Source: Massalongia carnosa | Taxonomy: Eukaryota | Direction: 5' to 3' | DNA: 64,000 nt | Assembly: GCA_965645245.1 (NCBI GenBank) | Contig: OZ287069.1 | Coordinates: forward strand, 62,001 to 126,000 | Shown: in pieces, positions 1-12,978 of the stretch | How the letters are laid out: each line of letters opens with the position of its first letter | Numbering within the stretch: position 1 is the first letter of the stretch | Translations under genes and position numbers: made by a program | Notes under the pieces: model-generated | What the model was told of the DNA's origin: nothing | Seen by the model: only the letters and a program-made list of their open reading frames with translations | Database searches by the model: none

Positions 1-639
1 CAAAGCCTTGAGTAAAGGCATAATTCTGAAGGCGGGTTTTTCCCTCCTCCCAGGAGATAAAGATTTCACTCTTACTCGGAGGAAGACGATGAGAAGACGG
101 TAAACTCGCTATAGCCCTTTGCAAACGTGCATCCAGGGACGTTGATGTGAGGGCCATAGCAAAGAAAAAGATTAGGGAGAGAAGAAGTGCGGTCTACCTA
201 TCATAGTGATAAATTTATACAGAGGGTTGGCTGCCTATACCTATAATATTATTAATAGAGACGGTGAACGAGGTATATGCACCTAATTATTTAGTATGGG
301 GAGGTGGCTTGTAGCTAGTCCTAATTTGGAATGATTTTCGCTGGGGGGACGGTGGGGGGGGGACTGTCCCGAGTCTTCTCGTCTATAGAGGAGGAGATCC
401 TCGGATCAACAAACACCAGTCGACGAACATTGATTCCAACCCTAATCTACTACCGATTAGAGAAGAACAGAGAAAAGGCCGGGCTCAGTAGACGACCCCT
501 CTCTACTGGGAATCATAACCTCGGGGGGAGAAATACGAGAAATACCGCAGTCGGCAAACAATTCCGACAGACAGAAACCCCAGCCGAGGAGCGACGAGGA
601 GGATGAGTCACAATCTGGAGTAGAAACCACAAGCGCCTC

Positions 640-3600
640 CCCTATTCAACTCCACGTATACTTAAAGTCAAAGGACAGTCAATCGATTAAGGCTAATGCA
701 TTCACCGACACATGCGCTAAAGTCAATATTATCACTCTTTCACTACTACAAAAGCTAGATCTTACGGCAAAAATAAATCGATTTCAGGCTCAAGGAAGAA
801 ACTTTGATGGAAGCATCATCAAGTTGGTCGGGTCAATCGAATTAAAAGCTTCTATCTGCGATACCGAAAACAATAAACTAGAAACAACCGACACTTATAT
901 TGTAGCCGGAACCGCACCAAATGATATCATGCTAGGACTACCATTTCTCGAGAAACACGACCCAGAGTATAACCTCAAAAAACGGAGACTGCGATGGAGG
1001 ATTCAGGCATGCCAGCACAGAAGAAAAACAAAAAGACAAAGAGGATATGGACTATTATCGTATCCAGAACATATCAATTCGATACAGACAAAAATCTTCC
1101 CGACACTAGCAGCCCTAAACATACGGTGTCCTATCCTACTCGGCGCACTTACACAGATAATTACTCCGCCATCAATGCCAAATTTCTCAAACAACAACGA
1201 GGACAAAACCGAGGACGCCGAGGACGAGACCGAGGAGACCGAGGACGAACTCAATAAGAAATCATCCTCGTCAAAAATTATCGACCCACTGCCAACAGAA
1301 CTTCAGGATTTTTGGGAACTCTTCAATCGAAAGGATAAGCCATTACCCGAACACTCACAATGGGATCACGCCATCAACATCGAACCCGGAAAGAAACCAC
1401 CATTTGTGTCCCTGTACAATCTATCATCAACGGAGCTGCAGTTTCAAAAACAATACCTACAAGACCATCTCCGAGAAGGCCTCATACGACACTCACAATC
1501 CTCGGCTGGAGCCTCGATGCTCTTTCGACCAAAGAAAGACGGAGGCCTTCGACCCTGTATAGACTACAGAGGATTGAACAATATCACCATCAAAGATCGA
1601 TGTCCATTACCGCTGATAACAGAAAGCCTAGATCAATTAGGAGGCGCAAGATGGTTCACAAAGTTGGACATCAAGGATGCATTCAATCGACTTCGAATAA
1701 AAATGGGAGATGAATGGAAGACAGCATTCCGGACCCGATTCGGACTCTTCGAATATTAGTTATGCCCTTCGGATTAACGAACGCACCCGCATCCTGGCAA
1801 GCGTTTATGAATCGCTCCTTCGCCGAATTTCTAGACATATTCGTTCTCGTTTATCTAGACGATATATTAATCTACAGCAAGACACGAGAGGAACATATAG
1901 AACAAGTCCGAAAGATTCTGAAGCGTCTCGAAGAACTCAATTTATACCTCAAACTATCTAAATGCGAATTCTTCAAGACTGAGTTGTCCTTTCTAGGATT
2001 CATCGTGAGCGAAAATGGGATTAGTATGGAGGAAGAACGAGTCAAAGCCATACTAGAATGGGCCATACCAAAATCAGTCAAAGAAATTCAGATATTTATA
2101 GGATTCACCAACTTTTACAGACGATTCGTAAGAAATTACGCACGTACAGCAACGCCACTACTAGAACTGCTCAAAACTGGACCAGGCAAGAGGAAGAAGA
2201 AAGCACATAAGACGAGCGAGGCCAATAAAATGCCTCGGGAGGACGCTCGCGAGGAGAGTCGAGGAAAACAAAGCAAGGATTCGGCCTAACAAAAGAAGCC
2301 GAGGAAGCCTTCCTGAAACTCAAAGCGATTTTTACCAAAAAGCCGTTGCTGCGACATTTCGACCCTAAGAAACCTATAAGAGTGGAGACAGACGCTTCAA
2401 ACGATGCAGGGGGAGCTGTCCTTTCTCAACCACACGGAGAAGGGTCGGAGAAGCATTGGCAACCAGTAGCATACTGGAGCAAGAAATGGGACACAGCGGA
2501 ACGGAACTACGGGACCCACGACCAGGAATTGCTAGCAATCGTATTATCCATGACCTATTGGCGACACTACTTGGAGGGGGCCCTATACAAAATCAGCGTC
2601 ATAAGCGATCATGCAAATCTACAGTACTTTATGACAACCACACAACTTTCACGAAGGCAAGTCAAATGGGCAAACAAGCTGACAGCATTTGATTTCAGAA
2701 TCACATACCAGAAGGGCACAGCAAATCCAGCGGATGGACTCTCCAGACGGCCCGACTACAAAGGAAACAATGAGGATACTTCACAAGACACCGCTAGCCT
2801 AAATTATCTCAAAGACATTCTCAGCAGCAAACCCCGAGGCGAGCGCTCGACCTCGCGAGGACCACTTCTAGCAATCATGACCAGGGCAGCGATGAAAGCC
2901 AAGAAGAAGCCGACAGGAGACACAACAGTTCGAAAACCAATTCACCCCTTCGGAAAGGCCAAACGTCTACAACAGGTAGCTCAGGGTCTTCAAAGGGCAC
3001 ATTTGGGTGAAGGGCTTGATCAACCCTCAAAGGTGCTGACACCGAGCCTTGAGCAAGCCGGTGTTAGCAAGGTCATCAGCGGCGTCAGGCAAGAAGCCTC
3101 GGCGATAGCGCAGAGTCTCCCATCAGCGGAACTCGAGCAAGTGGTCCTCGTGGGACCACGTGTGATTGTGGACGCGACACAGTCACACCCCAAGTTCGAA
3201 AGAACAAGGGACGGGTCAAAAGGTCAGGCAAAATCTGGGTCGAAAGGTCAGGCAAAATCTGGGTCAAAAGGTCAGGCAAAATCTGGGTCAAATGGAAAAT
3301 ACACCAGAACATCAGGACATCTAGGGAGACAGGAAGAGGACACACAAAGCACAATGACGAAACGCAGACGTTCAAGCACGAACGGGAGCAGACACGAGGA
3401 CAGAGTAAGCGAAGGCGAGGACACCGAGGCGAGGGCCTCGCGGGCAAACACCTCTAAAACAAAGGAAGATACTTCGATAGATGGCGTCATAGGAAACAAC
3501 TCTAAACGACTCAAAATCTCAGAGACTCAAGACACAGAGCTCAATAAGGGACTCAACATCATTAACATAGGCACAACGAGACACACCGAAGACTCCTCCG

Positions 3601-5150
3601 AGGACCTCGTACAAGAAATTTGCACACAGCAAAACAGGGACGAGGAAGTACAAACTGTACGCAAGCATTGGACATCATCATCAAAGAATCCCAAAACATC
3701 AGCCCGCTTCAGTCGGTGGAGTGAAGGATCGAATAATATTCTTCTATTCGATAATGCAATCTACGTACCCGACTTTAATGGTCTGAGAACAGAAATTATA
3801 CGCCGACATCACGATGATATGATAGCAGGACATCTAGGAGTGACACGCACAATGAGTTTAATCAAACGAGTCTTCATGTGGCCATCAATCAGAAAAGATG
3901 TGAAAACATATTGTCAAACCTGGCACTCTTGTCAGCAAAACAAGACACTTCGACATAAACCATGGGGACAATTGAAGCCACTACCAATCGCAAAACGAAT
4001 ATGGTGAAGCATAACCATGGACTTCATAACGGACTTGCCCTCAAGTCTTGATACATGGAACACGTCGTTCGATAGCATAATGGTTATAGTGGATAGATTA
4101 TCCAAAATGGCTCACTACGTACCATGTCGCAAAACGATGAAGGCCTCGGACCTCGCGAGCATCTTCCTCGATCGAATAGTTCATTATCACGGCATTCCAG
4201 ACGACATAATCACAGACCGAGGAAGCTTATTCACGTCAGGATTTTGGACCTCGCTTTGTCATCACCTGGTGATAAAACGAAAACTCAGTACCGCTTTTCA
4301 TCCATCAACCGACGGTCAGACTGAGCGGCAGAACCAGACTCTAGAAGCCTACCTCCGTGCTTTCTGCAACAGTACACAAGATGATTGGGTAAAACTACTC
4401 GCCACCGCAGAATTCGCATACAACAACAGCAAACATACGGCAACCGGTCATACACCATTTTTTATAATCACTGGAAGACATACAAAAATAGAGTTTGCGA
4501 TAGAAAAACACGAGAAAGAATCTCAATCAGCTACAGAACTCGCAGAGCATCTCAGCAACCTCCGCGAGGAACTGAAATATTGCCTTGCCGAGGCAAACGT
4601 TCACTACTCGACTCATTATAATAAGAAGAGACTTCCAAAAAGTTATAATGTAGGAGAAATGGTTTGGTTAAACGCAAAGAACATCAAGACCAAAAAACCA
4701 TCAAAGAAATTGGAGGCTCGTCGCTACGGACCCTACGAAATAGTCGAAAGAATAGGAAGACAGGCTTATCGACTAGACCTGCCATCAAGATCTCGAATTC
4801 ACCCGGTGTTCAACGTCAATCTGATAGAATCGTTTCATCCTCGCGAGGGAGAGGAAAATCGACCGCCAGCCACAGAACTGCTAGTAGAAGATGCCGGCAA
4901 CGAGTCATGGGAAGTAGACGGAATTCTAGACTCGCGAAGAACAACAAACGGACGAGTGGAGTACTTGGTAAAATGGACGGACTTCGGGATAGAGGACTGC
5001 ACGTGGGAACCCTTAGACAACCTGACCACATGTCAAGCTAGTGTCCGGGCCTTTCACAAGAAAAATCCCGATAAACCAAACGGAGCTACGATCAGGAAAG
5101 AAAGAAACACGAAGAAAGAAGCGGGCGAGAAAAAGACTGCACACATTTAA
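640..5150 (+). pseudogene. pol: Gypsy pol polyprotein, disrupted (frameshifts near 1757 and 2290, stop at 4005-4007)
   Basis: RT motifs LRPCIDYRGLN and VYLDDILIYS; RNaseH VETDAS/DHANL; integrase GHLG..CQ..CQQ, MDFITDLP, TDRGS, GQTERQN; chromodomain EYLVKWTDFGIEDCTWEP. Confidence 0.9.
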
Positions 5151-5220
5151 GAAGAAATCGAGGGCTAAAATAAACACACGAGGGCAACGAGGACGTCGCC
5201 ATATAAAGGGTGGAGGCAAT

Positions 5221-5461
5221 TATCAGGGTCTCGACACGGGGACGAGGATCCTCGCCTCGATCGGGGACAGAACGTCTAGACCCTGACAACGCGTCATCGG
5301 TGTTATCAGGATAGGAATTTCTTAGGAGTAGAACATCAGAGAGGGGTATATATTAGTCGTTTCGGTTCTTATAGATAGCTAGTTGTCAGTTTATCAATTC
5401 TATCCTCGCATGCCATAGCCCTATAGGGCTCCCTCCCATCGCCTGTCACAATAACCTTACA
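5221..5461 (+). repeat. 3' LTR of Gypsy-A
   Basis: Follows the PPT. Starts TATCAGGGTC and ends CCTTACA, like the TGTCAGGGT...CCTTACA termini of the Gypsy-D LTR; has a 5' hairpin (tcagggtc...gaccctga). Confidence 0.7.
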
Positions 5462-5674
5462 GCCATATATCTGATTTCTAATACTCAATGATTTCAAAGC
5501 AATGTACCTCGCATGGGTTCCGGATCACTAATGATCTATTAGTAAATAGAAGTGGCTGGAAGATATCTAGATTATGAAAGAATGTGGCGAAATGGTCTAT
5601 ATAGCTAGCTAGAATTTCCAGTTTAGATAGAAAAGGAGAACATCATTTTCCAGATCAATAAGAACGGTCCGACA
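5462..5674 (+). repeat. Copia-A 5' LTR (3' portion)
   Basis: Near-identical to 32719-32935; ends ccgaca and is followed by the PBS. Confidence 0.9.
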
Positions 5675-5781
5675 GTTATGAGCCCGGCTTCCTAATCGCT
5701 GCATTCATCGATCAGTATCCCCAAGTTCTTATTGACCTTTATTGTTACTTCTTCCATCTTCTTTGGACAATCGAACAGAAG

Positions 5782-8287
5782 ATGTCTTTCTCTACCTTGC
5801 CCGCTTCTAGTCAGAAAACCGTGGTAGTCCTCAAGGAGCCCGGTGACAGGGATGAATGGATCCTTATCGTGGAGTCCATGGCCAAGCGAGGTGTAATCGA
5901 GCAGTATGTGGACCTGGCGAAACCTGAGCCAGACGAGCCAATCAGACCCATTACCCCTACCTTCTCTTCCGTGAAAGCAGGTGCCGTGTCATCTGAGGAC
6001 TTAACCGAGGGACAGCGACGGGATCTGATATTGCGAAGAGAGGATCATAGAGAAGACTTGCGTACGTATCGGGAGAAGACCGAAGCCCTAAAAAACCTGG
6101 AAGCATATATATTGACCACCGTGGATCGGACCAATTTGTTATATCTCAGGGGACAGGACTCGATATATAAGAAGTTATCAGCTCTAAAGAAGAGGCTTGC
6201 ACCGACGGACCGGATCAGAGAACTCGAAGTTATTCGGAAATATAAGGACCTACAACGTGCCCCCAAGAGTCAGCAACTGGATCACTGGTTGTTGGAATGG
6301 GAGAAAGTCTATGCAGAAGCGGACAGACTGAAATTTCCGGACGTTCAGGGACATAGATGCATTTATGATTTCTTGAATGCGCTGAGGACAGTGGACGGTT
6401 CGTTTGTGGCCGGTAGAGAGGCCATATAACATTATAAAATTCATCGGAATGAGGAAGATTTCTCGATAAGGGATCTTCTGGAAGAATTCCGGAATCATTT
6501 GCGAACCGCCAGGGCCCTAGATAGCAAGGGGGCTACCCATTCGGCATTTGCAACATTTCAAGGATCTGACCAATCAGATCAAGAAAAATCGAACTCGACA
6601 ATGAGTCAAAAATCAGCTCAGGGATCTAACTCGGACCAAGGAAATTCCGAGAAGAAGTGCATATGTGGCAAGAAGCACCGCTTCAAGGATTGCTACTATT
6701 TGCTCAAGGACCTGAGGCCAGAGGGGTGGACCCCGGACAAGAGCATTGAGAAAATAATAGAAGAAAAGCTAGCTAAGAATCATCGGCTAGATAAGATCAT
6801 CAAGTCGGTCCGAGATAAGCACGCAAAACAAGTCGAAAAAGTCGGAAAGGAAGAGAAATCGTCTTCAGAAAAATCCGATCCTGCAGCATTTGCAGTTTCG
6901 ATAGTGCCTGCCGGATCATCAGTCTCGATCTTGCCTGCCGCACCACCTAGATCGTTTTCAACGTTTGCAGTTGCTTCCGAACCGGAGCCACATAGGTTGG
7001 TCAACTGTTGGACCCTGGATTGCGGAACAGACATTCATGTATGCAATGATCCGGAGCGGTTTCAGTTGACGCGTATAGCAAACACTGATGACAAGCTCAT
7101 GGCCGGAAAAACCGTTTATAGCATAGATGGATATGGAACGGTAGATATCACGGCACAAGGACCTCATGGGCCGGTGCCAATCAGGCTTCTAGATGTGGCG
7201 CTATCCTCAGGATTTTTCACCAATTTGGTGTGCCTAAGCAAGCTAACAAAGAAGGGGGTTCACTGGGACACCGAACATTCTCATCTGCATCAGAAGGGAA
7301 AGACGTTCTGCCGCACCAAGCAAATAGGGGGCCATTGGGTGATAGAAGACAACCCACCAACGGTAAGGTCGCATAGAGCATTTGCGGCCAGTACCAGTCC
7401 GAAACCGGAATTGATAGCGACGGGAAAAGAGTGGCACGAGATGCTCGGTCATCCTGGACCGGAAACAATTTCTCACCTCGAAAAGGGGGTAGATGGAGTT
7501 AAGGTAACAGTACCCGAGTCAGCACCGAATACGATGCAATGCGAGACATGCTCGCTGACCAAAGCCCATCACCTGATCTCGAGACGTTCGGGACAGGAAG
7601 AGCCAGCGAATTTTCCGCTCGGTCGAGTAGGGTATGACCTTATTCAGCTGACTGAAGCATACAACGGGGACAACTGGGTGAGCCACTTCAGGTGTTTTTA
7701 TACCAGTATGGACTTCTCCTACACCCATACTCGAAAAAATGATGCTCTAGGGGTGATCAAGGAATTCCTGAAAATGACCAAGACTAGATACGATCAGACC
7801 GTTCGCTTTTTCCGAACAGACGACGAGCGAACCCTTGGCTTAGAATTCGCCGAGTTCATGAAAATGAGAGGTATCACCACCGAAAGATCGGCCCCATATA
7901 CTCCTGCACAAAACGGTCATATCGAGCGATCTGGGGGGGTACTGGTGATCCGAGCGCGGGCCCTGCACATAGCAGCAAATTTGCCAGCTAGTATGTGGCC
8001 AGAAATATTCAAAACGGTTGGTTATCTAAATAACCGGACCCCGAAGAAGATGCTAGGGTGGAAAACACCAATAGATAAATTAACCGGGGAAAAACCGAAA
8101 CTATCTCACCTGCAGCCGTATGGTTGTCGAGCGTTCCCGCTTAATCAGGTGATTCCCAGGAAAGAGAAGCTCGAACCAAGGGCTTTTTTATTGGATACCT
8201 GGTGGGGTACGAACTCCACTAACATCTTTCGAATATGGATTCCCAGCCGTATGAAAGTCATCCGGACCAGGGATGTAATGTTTGATA
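5782..8287 (+). pseudogene. Copia-A gag-protease-integrase (stop at 6427-6429; cut by the Tc1-like insertion)
   Basis: Zn knuckle CICGKKHRFKDC; protease WTLDCGTDIHVC; WHEMLGHPG..CETC; integrase RTDDE, QNGHIERSG, YLNNRTP. Confidence 0.88.
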
Positions 8288-8498
8288 CAGTCGACTGCAA
8301 AAGGTTGGTCGCGACCCTGAATTTGGGACCACACATCACGCGAAAATGGCAAAATGCCGGCAAAAATCCGAAAAAACTACCCTCACCGCCTACATGCCAA
8401 TGAAGTCGTACTACTGGTCAGTATTGAAGCGACTTGTAGATTAGTATATGTAGATGCCATTCCCCGTCTTTTTTCCCTCTCTCCTCTGCCATTTCCCC
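8288..8498 (+). repeat. Left TIR of Tc1-like element
   Basis: Reverse complement of 12761-12976 with a few mismatches and indels. Confidence 0.92.
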
Positions 8499-9551
8499 AA
8501 AATTCCCCCCCCTCTCAGTGAGACCCTTCGTGAGACAATCACGCTTCGTTTTGTACGAGGTGACAGCAATAAGACAATTGAATCTGTCACTGGTGTTGGC
8601 ATCAAACAGATTCAATGAATGAGACGTAATTGGACTCATTTTGGAGATGTGCTTCTACCTCAATTGTCAATTGGACATCGCCCTCGTAAACTCAGTCAAT
8701 TTCATGATATTAAACTTCTGAAATATCTGGAGCAACGTCCGCATGCCTATCTGGACGAAATGTGCTGGTTCATTTGGGACGAATTTCAGATCTCTGCAGA
8801 TGAGACCACCGTTGGTCGTGCCCTAAAAAGGCTTGGTTGGAATCGAAAGAAGGTGATCAAACAAGCAGCTCAAAGAAATCAAGGCCTTCGAGATGGATGG
8901 ATGCAGAGACTCGGAGAATGGACTGCAGAGCAATTGATCTTTTTGGACGAAAGTGCAGCTTGCGAAAGAACCGGTTATTTCCTATCTCATCTTTCATCCC
9001 ATCTTCGTCATTTTTCTGACTTTCTGACTAGGTAATCGACGATACGGATGGGCTCAGGCAGGCGTCCCTCCAATCATGATTCAGGATTTGAAAAGGTCAA
9101 AGAGATGGAGCATTCTCCCTGCATTTACCGTCGATGGATATATAGCTTGGGAGGTGCATCAGATCAGGGCTCCATAACTGCCGAAATTTTCAACGACTTC
9201 GTTCGAAATCAGGTTCTTCCTCAGACGACTGCCAATGGAGGTCCTAGATCTGTTTTAGTACTAGACAATGCCAGCATTCATTGGAATCAGGAGCTTATTC
9301 AGATGTGCGAGACAGCCAACGTCACCTTGGCACGACTACCTCCTTATTCTCCATATTTCAATCCAATTGAAACGCCGTTTGCATTGCTAAAGGCATGGAT
9401 TCGACGGAATGGAGAAATGAGTCTTTCGTACACGGAGGAGTATGGGGGATTCGGACAATTTCTTCCGGATGCAGTCAAAGATCTGAGAATGGGAGACCCG
9501 GGAAATTTATTTAGATTGGCTGGCATTCAGTATCCCACCATTTCAATCTGA
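8454..9551 (+). pseudogene. DD34E transposase (Tc1/IS630-like), probable intron 8974-9031, stop at 8616-8618, frameshift near 9160
   Basis: Motifs IFLDESA, (spliced) TGNRRYGW and VLVLDNASIH...LPPYSPYFNPIE with 34 residues between D and E; N-terminal HTH-like region. Start codon uncertain. Confidence 0.88.
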
Positions 9552-9566
9552 TTAGATACATAGTAT

Positions 9567-12500
9567 CTAATCCTCATCTTCATCTTCGGCATAATCGTAT
9601 TCTAGACTATACGTCTCATCTTCCTCAATTGTATCTCTCACTCCAGATCCTACCTCCCCGCCCCCGTCCACCTCCCCATCCTCTATCCCCTTATCCACCC
9701 GAGTGACCGCCTGAGTGACCGCCTGAGTGGCCATTTGCGATGTCGGTAAATGGCGTTGACGCCGAGGGGGAGGCGGGGGCATTTGCTGAGATATCTGTCG
9801 AGACATTTGTCGAGACATTTGCAAAGGCATTTGCCGAGACATTTCTCTTCCAAATTTACTGACGTCTCGCGCCAGTTGAATCCCGATTCCCGGAGGAAAT
9901 CCTAGCTCCTGCCAGAACGTCTGATGCTCGATGACTTTCAAGGATTGAACGGTCATCATATCGTACCCACCTTCCATCAATCGATCGCAGGCGTTGGTGA
10001 GCACTCCTTTCAAATGAGGCTTCATTTGAACAAGCCAACTGACATAGTCTTCCAGATCTTCTTCCACTGGACTGCTGCGGGCGACGGAGGGGAGAGGGAG
10101 AAATCGACTCACGCTTCGACTGCTTCTGGATGATCTCGAATCTCTCCAATCCAACGGCGTTTCCTCAAGGGCTCCTCTCGAGTCAGGTAATGTAGAAGGA
10201 GCATACTGAGAAGGATAAAATGCCGGGGGGGAAATGCCGAGTGAGGAAATGCCGAGGGGAATGCCGAGGGAAATGTCGAGGAGAATGCCAATGACGAGGG
10301 GGGAAATGTCGAGTGGGGGATTTGGTACGAGTGGTGTTGATACATGGGATGTTGATAAATGGAATGCCCACCTCCAAAGGGCATTTCCTGAGACGAGGTT
10401 TCCTGTTTTGGAGATGATGATTCAGTCTTTTTCTTACCTTTATTCAGGGAGAATAAATTCTCTCTGATCTTCGGTGGAGGTGTTCGAGAATCAACGCCTG
10501 AAATTCCATCATCTAGTGCTTTATTCCAGGTCACGAAATGAGCACTGTTGAGAGGATAGATTCTTCGTCTCATCATTCCAACAGTACTGTCCGAAATTCC
10601 TACATGCGCGTTTTTCACAGAGATGCAGACTTTGCAATTCGGACATTCTTTCGGCCGTCATGCCTTGCAACATGGCTCGTTCCTCCATCTCTTTTTGCAG
10701 CTTCATGGTTGTAATGGGCTACGAGACCAGTAAGCTTATCACGAGCGACACTGATCTCGAAAGGGGAAATGCTCAGCGTGAGAGGAGGAAGATAGCTACT
10801 ACGTGCTAGTCTCCGAGAGTATACGTGATCCAGGGAACTAATGGATGTGGAAGTGCTTAGACCAAGAGATCTCGTCCGAGACCCAAACGTAGGTTGTTCA
10901 TAGAATAAAGACTAATTGCTAACGAATACTACAAGATTCGTTCTGATATTTATCCTACTCACCCCAAGCCTATAGCCTTGGGAGCCTTGCAAGCCTTGGG
11001 AGTCTTGCGAGCATTACAGCCTTGCAATCCACATCCGACTTTATCGCATTACATCCAACCATCCCTCAGGATCCATCCACGAACTCGACGTTCGCTGGAT
11101 CATCTAGTCAGCCTCGAGCAGCTTTCTAGATCTTCCCTTGCAAGGTAGAACCATTCTACCCCCGGCTAGATCCCTCACTACATGCCTCAGGCTATGTAGC
11201 TTCATTTCGCCGTCACCACTACCTAGTGATGGAAGGTTACCTCCGACTGAATACCTCGCTACACTGCGGACCTGCCTCTAGACACAAGGTCTAGACAACG
11301 AGGTCATGTAGGTTCATTCAGCCGACATCACTACCAACGTAGTAATAAAGGTTGAAGCTGAAGTTTACACCAGGGAGCCTAGCTCAAGCTGCGTCCAGCG
11401 AGCCGTGCCTCCTGCTACCTCTCTTGATCCATCAAGAGATCCAGTAGCTCCGAGTAGGCCAGTAGATCCTATATAGAGTTCCTTGGCGTCTCCACAGGGG
11501 TCCGCCTTACACTCCATGGCAATCTACCACCACGGCCTCGACAGGTGTTTGATCTGTAAGTAGTCAAGAACGTGATAACAATAACTCGGAAGTTTCGGGG
11601 CAAGATGGCAGTGTGTCAGCCTCGACAGCTTATGCGACTTCGTACTACGGCATGGTCCACGCTAGTTAATCCCGCAACCGCCATAGGCGATCACGTATCC
11701 CTCTAGCGCCATCCGTATTACAATGGTCGCGGTTCCCAATTTCTTGGTGGCGACAGCTGTGGCAGCAGCAATAGGATCATCGGGAGGAATGACGCAATCT
11801 TTGGTACCACTGAAGTTGAAAATAAGATCAACCGCGAAGCTTTTCTTTCGAATGCTGCTGAATTCTAACTGAATTAGAACCTCCTCAATGGGCTGCCAGG
11901 ATTCGATCAACATGAGAGCTGATTTTTCATGCGGTTTGATTCCATTCCATAACACGGTCGCTTTGATATCGACCAAATGACAAGCATACATTTTGGAATT
12001 CGCATACGTCTCGGCTTTCAAACTCATGTCCCCGGTGTAGCTTCTCAAAAAGAATCTTTTCGACGTAGTTGAATTGACTTCGTATGGAATCACCGTCTCG
12101 AAAACGACGTGCTTCTCATACGACATCTTCACATTTAGTAGATATTTGATTACCGTCGGAGGCAGCGGCGAAGGGGATAAACGGGAGGGTTCCTTTCTTC
12201 TTGGTTTTCTAGACTTCTTACTGACAATCTAGTTACTAGGCACATTGAGATCTTCGACATCATCTTCGGCATCATCTTCGGAATCATCTTCGGCATCATC
12301 TTCGGCATCTACAGCTTTCATCGCGTTCTCATTTCTCCACTGACCCTGCCACCTCTGCTTCTCGTCTTCATCCGTCCAGTCGTCGGAGGAATCCTCCGTA
12401 ATGACAAGGGGACTATAATAATTCGATTCGAAAGTCTTTGACTGCTGAGGCTGGACCTTTGACTTGGGAGGGGCCTTTGGCTTGGGAGGGACCTTTGGCT

Positions 12501-12744
12501 TGGGAGGGGCCTTTGGCTTGAGGGGGGCCTTTGGCTTGAAGGGGGGCTTTGACTTGAGGAGAGGCTTTGGCTTGGGAGGAGCCGGCGTCGATTCCGGCGA
12601 GGCTTCATCGATGCTGGCGGCGACAATGGCTCTGGCTCTCGGCCCTCCCAAAGTCAGTTTGATTCTCTTACCTTTGAAAGGCTCTTTTCCAGCCGGGGGG
12701 GGGCCGGAATTTGATCTTTTTGCTCTCGGTTCACGAAGTTTCAT
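9567..12744 (-). pseudogene. Second gene of the Tc1-like transposon, unknown function (~720 aa reconstructed), interrupted by a solo LTR
   Basis: Frame continues through the TAG at 12229-12231 and across the solo LTR (GTAT|MKLQKE). Contains PKAPPK repeats, acidic tracts, a CEKRACRNFGQYCW motif and a C-terminal helical region; two further frameshifts. Confidence 0.7.
10710..11722. mobile_element. ~1.0 kb solo LTR (copy 1)
   Basis: TGTAAT...ATTACA termini; 5 bp TSD ATGGT (10705-10709, 11723-11727); near-identical inverted copy at 40323-41352. Confidence 0.88.
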
Positions 12745-12760
12745 ATCTGAGGTAAAAAAT

Positions 12761-12976
12761 GGGGAATGGCAGAGGGGGGAGGGAAAAAAGACGGGGAATG
12801 GCATCTACATATACTAATCTACATATCGCTTCAATACTGACCAGTAGTACGACTTCATTGGCATGGAGGCGGTGAGGGTAGTTTTCAGATTTTTGCCGGC
12901 ATTTTGCCATTTTCGCATAAATATTTGATGTGTGGTCCCAAATTCAGGGTCGCGACCAACCTTTTGCAGTCGACTG
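12761..12976 (-). repeat. Right TIR of Tc1-like element
   Basis: Reverse complement of 8288-8498. Confidence 0.92.
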
Positions 12977-12978
12977 TA

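Larger units (their letters stand above)
390..5461 (+). mobile_element. Ty3/Gypsy chromovirus (Gypsy-A), 5' part not resolved, inserted in the 5' LTR of Copia-A
   Basis: Domain order PR-RT-RNaseH-IN-chromodomain. A polypurine tract (aaagggtggaggc) precedes an LTR-like segment 5221-5461, after which Copia-A LTR sequence resumes (gccatatatctg). Left boundary approximate. Confidence 0.85.
8288..12976 (+). mobile_element. Tc1/mariner-IS630 superfamily DNA transposon with ~210 bp TIRs and two convergent genes
   Basis: TA duplicated at 8286-8287 and 12977-12978; termini CAGTCGACTGCAAAAGG inverted; encodes a DD34E transposase. Confidence 0.93.
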
